Shown here: piece by piece, positions 60,138-64,000 of the stretch
Numbering within the stretch: the stretch's first letter is position 1
Layout of the letters: each line of letters starts with the position of its first letter
NCBI GenBank assembly: GCA_032654565.1
Contig: JAULAX010000015.1
Coordinates: 288,001-352,000, forward strand
DNA length: 64,000 bases
Direction of reading: 5' to 3'
DNA from: Anaeromyxobacteraceae bacterium
GTDB lineage: Bacteria; Myxococcota; Myxococcia; Myxococcales; Anaeromyxobacteraceae
Program-made: the position numbers and the translations under genes
Notes under the pieces: model-generated
The model's database searches: none
Seen by the model: only the letters and a program-made list of their open reading frames with translations
Told to the model about the DNA's origin: nothing

Positions 60138-61558
60138 CCGGTGAAGGTGGGCAGGTCGGCGGTGACGGTGTCGCCGCCGCGGGCGAAGCGGATGCGGGCC
60201 ACGCTGCCGTCGCTCATGCGGAAGGTGGCCTTGCGGGCCCCGCCGGTGACCCTCACCGAGAGCTGCAGCGAGACCTTGGTGGCCCGCTCCGGCCAGGTGG
60301 TGGCGAGGTGGACGTCGGTGTCGTGGCCGCGGCTGCGCACCGACGCCAGCAGCGCCACCGGCGACAGCACCACCACCGCCCGCCGCTCCGACGGCAGCAG
60401 CGCCTCCACCGCCCGGGCCAGCGCCGCCTCGTGCCCGGCCCCGGCGAAGCCGAGCAGGCTGCCCCCGGCGGCGCGGCGCTTCTCCACCTCGCGGGCCTCC
60501 ACCCGGGAGAGCGGCTCGCCGTCGGCCAGCACCAGCGGCGTGGCCCCCGGCACCTCGGCGGGGCGGAGCGCCACGGTCACCTGCAGCTGCCGCTCGAGCA
60601 GCGCCGCCAGGGCCGCCTCCACCGCCTGGCGGTGGCGCCCGCCGCTCCACAGGTCGGCCTCGGCCGAGTAGAGCACCGCCACCTCGCCGGGCGACGTGGC
60701 CAGGCGCGGGGCGCCGCCGCGGCCCGCCACCTCGCTGGCCAGGGCGCGGATCCCGGCCAGCACCGCCCCGGCCTCGCCGCGCGGCTGGGGGCCGGCCAGC
60801 TCGATCCCGAAGGGCGCCCCCACCGAGGCCAGCCGCAGCCAGGCCGCCGGCGGGGCGTCGGCCGGCAGCTCCACCGACACCCAGCGGCGCGGCAGCGCCC
60901 CGCGGAGCAGGGCGAACCGGCCGGCCAGCGGGAAGCCGCCCAGGCCGATGGGGAAGATGGCGGCCTCCAGGTGGCGGGCCGCCGCCAGCTGCGAGGGGCC
61001 GAGGGCGGCGAACCAGCCGCAGACCGGGAAGGGGCGGCCCCCGGCCCGGACGGCGTCGTGGACCACCCGGGCGTGGGCCCGGGCCGCCCGCTCCAGCGCC
61101 TCGTGGCGGAAGCGCCAGAAGTCGCGCCCGAAGGGGAGGGCGGTGAAGGAGAGCGCCCCGGAGGCCGCGGCCACGGCGACGCGGGCGGTGGCCAGGAAGT
61201 CGAGCGGCTGGAACTGCTCGCCGTACTTGCGCCGCAGCAGCCGCTGCAGCTCGCGCTGGCACTCGGCGCAGAACCCGGCCCCCAGCAGCCCCTCCACCAG
61301 CGGGGCGTCGGGGGCGTCGAGGATGGCCCCGGCCGACCCGGCCTGCAGCGCCGCCAGCAGCTCGCCGCCGACCCGCTGCCGGTGGCGCTCCCCGGACAGG
61401 CAGGCCAGCGGCGCGGCCGGATCGCCGGCCAGCCCGCCGTCGGCGCCGCGGCAGGCCTCCCCCTCCGACAGGGCCCGGCCGGCCTCGACGGTGACGAACC
61501 GGCCCGGGGCGATGAATCCGGGGGCGAAGGCGGTGGCGGAGGCGGGGACGGACGGCAT
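60110..61558 (-). CDS. hypothetical protein resembling the C-terminal part of GH42 beta-galactosidases
   Basis: FCAECQ..LQRLLRRKYG, DFWRFR, EVAVLYS patterns; GC3-biased ORF. The family call is weak. Confidence 0.55.
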   Translation of the reverse strand: MPSVPASATAFAPGFIAPGRFVTVEAGRALSEGEACRGADGGLAGDPAAPLACLSGERHRQRVGGELLAALQAGSAGAILDAPDAPLVEGLLGAGFCAECQRELQRLLRRKYGEQFQPLDFLATARVAVAAASGALSFTALPFGRDFWRFRHEALERAARAHARVVHDAVRAGGRPFPVCGWFAALGPSQLAAARHLEAAIFPIGLGGFPLAGRFALLRGALPRRWVSVELPADAPPAAWLRLASVGAPFGIELAGPQPRGEAGAVLAGIRALASEVAGRGGAPRLATSPGEVAVLYSAEADLWSGGRHRQAVEAALAALLERQLQVTVALRPAEVPGATPLVLADGEPLSRVEAREVEKRRAAGGSLLGFAGAGHEAALARAVEALLPSERRAVVVLSPVALLASVRSRGHDTDVHLATTWPERATKVSLQLSVRVTGGARKATFRMSDGSVARIRFARGGDTVTADLPTFTGYAVLTPEP

Positions 61559-61614
61559 TCCTGTGGCGGGACGTTAGCCGCTCGCAGGGGACCCGACAAG
61601 CACCCAACCTCGCG

Positions 61615-61643
61615 TTGACGCGAAGGAAATTCGCTGCTACGCA
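61615..61643 (+). promoter_or_regulatory. putative promoter of the aglRQS-like operon
   Basis: TTGACG-17bp-TACGCA with extended TG. Confidence 0.45.
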
Positions 61644-61675
61644 TGAGCGGCACCCGATTACCGGAGGTCTCCGCG

Positions 61676-62350
61676 ATGGGCTCGATGTTCGGGACGCTGG
61701 CCAAGCACTACGGCGAGGGCGGGTGGATGATGCACCCCATCCTCGTCTCGCTGATCTTCACCCTCGCCGTGATGATCGACCGGATCATCGTCCTCTACTT
61801 CAAGGCCTCCATCGACAAGGAGGCCTTCCTGCGCGGGCTGAAGCAGCACGTCTTCTCCGGCGACCTCGACAAGGCCATCGCCTTCTGCGCCGCGCAGAAG
61901 AAGGTGCCGCTGGTCTCGGTGATCAAGGCCGGCCTGATCAACGTGCCCAAGGGGGAGGAGGACGTGCAGGCGGCCATGGACGAGGCCACCCTGCGCGAGT
62001 CGCCCAAGATCGAGGCCCGCACCGGCTACCTGGCCATGCTCGGCAACGTCGCCACCCTGCTCGGCCTGCTCGGCACCATCGTCGGCCTGATCGGCGCCTT
62101 CGGCGCGGTGGCCGTCGCCAACCCGGCCGACAAGGCCACCATCCTGGCCAGCTCCATCTCCGAGGCCATGAACTGCACCGCCTTCGGGCTGATGGTGGCC
62201 ATCCCGGCGCTGGTGGCCTACTCGGTGCTGCAGGGGCGCACCCAGCACATGGTCGACGACATCAACGAGTCGGCGGTGTCGGTGCTCAACCTGATCGTGG
62301 CCAACAAGGACAAGATGAAGGTCCCGGCCACGCTGGCGGCGGCCGAGTAG
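61676..62350 (+). CDS. aglR: MotA/TolQ/ExbB proton-channel protein, AglR-like
   Basis: GGWMMHPI, ATLLGLLGTIVGLI, ISEAMNCTAFGL.VAIP; followed by two ExbD/TolR genes. Confidence 0.8.
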   Translation: MGSMFGTLAKHYGEGGWMMHPILVSLIFTLAVMIDRIIVLYFKASIDKEAFLRGLKQHVFSGDLDKAIAFCAAQKKVPLVSVIKAGLINVPKGEEDVQAAMDEATLRESPKIEARTGYLAMLGNVATLLGLLGTIVGLIGAFGAVAVANPADKATILASSISEAMNCTAFGLMVAIPALVAYSVLQGRTQHMVDDINESAVSVLNLIVANKDKMKVPATLAAAE

Positions 62351-62395
62351 CCGAAGGCCCCCGGCCCACCCGGTGACCAGGAAAGGAGGACCACG

Positions 62396-62890
62396 ATGAG
62401 CGGCGGCGCGATGCCCGAACAGGGCGGCGGCGGAAAGAAGCGCAAGAAGGCGCTCGACGCCAACATCAACGTGGTCCCGGCCATCGACCTGCTCTCCTGC
62501 TGCATCGCCTTCCTGCTCTACACCGCGGTCTGGAACCAGGTCTCCCGGCTGCAGGTGCAGCAGCTCGGCCTCGGCGCCCCGGAGACCACCACCCCGGAGC
62601 AGCTGCAGAAGTCGCTGGCGGTGACCCTGGCGGTGGGCGAGCGGGGCATGGCGCTGACGGTGGGCGACGCCAGCTACGACATCCCCACCCTGGGGCGCAG
62701 CGCCGACGGGGTGGTGCTCCACGACCTCAAGGCCCTCACCACCCGCCTGAAGGCGGTCAAGGGCGAGTTCCCCGACCAGGGCTCGATCATCGTCACCGCC
62801 GAGGACACCGTCCCCTACGGCGACCTGGTCCACGTCATCGACGTCTGCCTGGGCGCCGGGCTCATGCAGGTCTCGGTCTCGGGCGTCTAG
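62396..62890 (+). CDS. aglQ: ExbD/TolR family protein, AglQ-like
   Basis: KKALDANINVVPAIDLL (conserved TM Asp), TAVW.Q..RLQV, AEDTVPYGDLVHVID. Confidence 0.78.
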   Translation: MSGGAMPEQGGGGKKRKKALDANINVVPAIDLLSCCIAFLLYTAVWNQVSRLQVQQLGLGAPETTTPEQLQKSLAVTLAVGERGMALTVGDASYDIPTLGRSADGVVLHDLKALTTRLKAVKGEFPDQGSIIVTAEDTVPYGDLVHVIDVCLGAGLMQVSVSGV

Positions 62891-62903
62891 GAGGGGAGCC
62901 GCC

Positions 62904-63479
62904 ATGGCCATCGTCCAGCCAGGGAAGCGCCCCAGCCCGCGCTTGGCGCGCTCCAAGGTGCTGGGCGGCAAGATCGGCCGCGGCCGCCGCAGCGGCAACG
63001 CCGAGCTCAACGTGGTCCCCATGGTCGACATGATGACCATGCTGGTGATCTTCCTGCTGCAGCAGTACAGCGCCACCGGCGAGGTGCTCTACATGCAGAA
63101 GGACATCCGCCTCCCCGACGCCCGCCACGGCCAGATGATCGAGCAGGCCCCCACCGTGGCCATCTCGGCCGGCCAGGTGGTGGTCACCGGCCAGAAGGTG
63201 GCCGACGTGGCCGACCTGGAGCGCGACGCCGGCTACCTCAACATCCCGGCGCTGGAGGAGAAGCTGCGCGAGGACAAGAAGCGCTGGGACTTCATCCACC
63301 AGCAGGACCCCGGCGCCAAGTGGGACGGGATCGTCAACATCCAGGCGGACGAGAAGGTGCCGTTCCGCATCGTCAAGCGGGTGATGTACTCGGCCGGCGT
63401 GGCCGGCTACTTCAACCTCAACTTCGCCGCCCTGGACATCGGCAGCGGCGCGGCGGCCGCCCAGGGCGCCGCGCCCTAG
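62904..63479 (+). CDS. aglS: ExbD/TolR family protein, AglS-like
   Basis: MAIVQPGKR basic N-terminus, ELNVVPMVDMM, SATGEVL...KDI.LP, NIQADEKVPFRIVKRVM. Confidence 0.78.
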   Translation: MAIVQPGKRPSPRLARSKVLGGKIGRGRRSGNAELNVVPMVDMMTMLVIFLLQQYSATGEVLYMQKDIRLPDARHGQMIEQAPTVAISAGQVVVTGQKVADVADLERDAGYLNIPALEEKLREDKKRWDFIHQQDPGAKWDGIVNIQADEKVPFRIVKRVMYSAGVAGYFNLNFAALDIGSGAAAAQGAAP

Positions 63480-63567
63480 ACCCGCCCCGGCCCCGCGCCA
63501 GCCCGGCCCCGGCGGACCGCCGACCGGGCCCGCCGACCGCCCCTCCGGCCCGCCCCGAATACCGGAC

Positions 63568-63597
63568 TGGACAAGGCGGTTTGCGGCCTAGTAGATT
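63568..63597 (+). promoter_or_regulatory. putative promoter of the pyrophosphatase gene
   Basis: TGGACA-18bp-TAGATT. Confidence 0.4.
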
Positions 63598-63728
63598 CCG
63601 CCGGCCTTCGACAGCACCCCGCCCCCCCTCCGGCCCGCAACAAGCCGGATTTCCGCGGGGATTCACCCAGCCGCTCCAGCAACCAGCCTCCCCAGCAACC
63701 CGCCTCCCAAAAAGGGAACCGCCGCGCC

Positions 63729-64000
63729 ATGAACCTCTCATCCGTGATCACGTCGCTCGTCGCCGCCAGCGGCGGTGAAGCCAACCTGAAGCTGCCGGAC
63801 CTCGCCAGCGTCAGCTTCCTCGGCGGCGCCATCAGCGGCTGGGCCCTGCTCGCCACCGGCCTGGTGGTCTCGGCGGCCGGCCTGGTCTTCGGCCTGCGGG
63901 CCTCGGCCCACCTGAAGGCGCTCCCGGTCCACAAGTCGATGCTCGACATCTCCGAGCTGATCTACGAGACCGCCAAGACCTACCTGATGACGCAGTTCAA
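63729..64000 (+). CDS. hppA: membrane-bound H+/Na+-translocating pyrophosphatase, N-terminus (runs off the window end)
   Basis: GGEANLKLPDL.SVSFLG...GLVFG...LKALPVHKSMLDISELIYETAKTYL matches the N-terminus of the divergent mPPase clade as recalled; catalytic motifs are outside the window. Confidence 0.75.
   Translation, partial: MNLSSVITSLVAASGGEANLKLPDLASVSFLGGAISGWALLATGLVVSAAGLVFGLRASAHLKALPVHKSMLDISELIYETAKTYLMTQF

Overview
This is a very GC-rich bacterial chromosome segment spanning the replication origin. Gene content points to Myxococcota, most likely an Anaeromyxobacter-like organism (inferred from bacM after parAB, Myxococcus-type parS, a SofG-like GTPase, a Dif-like chemosensory cluster and an AglRQS-like motor). 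Gene order: gyrB(partial)-recF-dnaN-[oriC]-dnaA on the minus strand; rpmH-rnpA(frameshifted)-yidD-yidC-jag-hyp-rsmG-[2 parS]-parA-parB-bacM; hsp20; F1 ATP synthase genes atpHAGDC; a hybrid kinase; gyrA-TPR-hemL; Fo genes atpZ-atpI-atpB-atpE-atpF; ychF; a ~750-bp structured and repetitive non-coding gap; pdxA, three parvulin PPIases and mfd on the minus strand; TPR-hrcA-grpE-dnaK-dnaJ-lpoA-like-hyp-dinG; a membrane kinase; sofG-like GTPase-PocR kinase-thiL; difACDEG-like genes-larB-larC-kinase; a GH42-like protein; aglRQS-like genes; and the start of a membrane pyrophosphatase. Most of this is housekeeping. No tRNA, rRNA, CRISPR array, transposase or prophage was seen. The best leads are oriC-like DnaA-box repeats over the dif-operon promoter, a ~350-bp nested fold-back element after ychF that shares an exact 18-mer with the parS region, larBC attached to the Dif operon without larE or larA, apparent CTG starts for gyrB and dinG, and a frameshift that fuses rnpA to yidD. 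All family calls come from motif recognition by eye; no database searches or folding programs were run.
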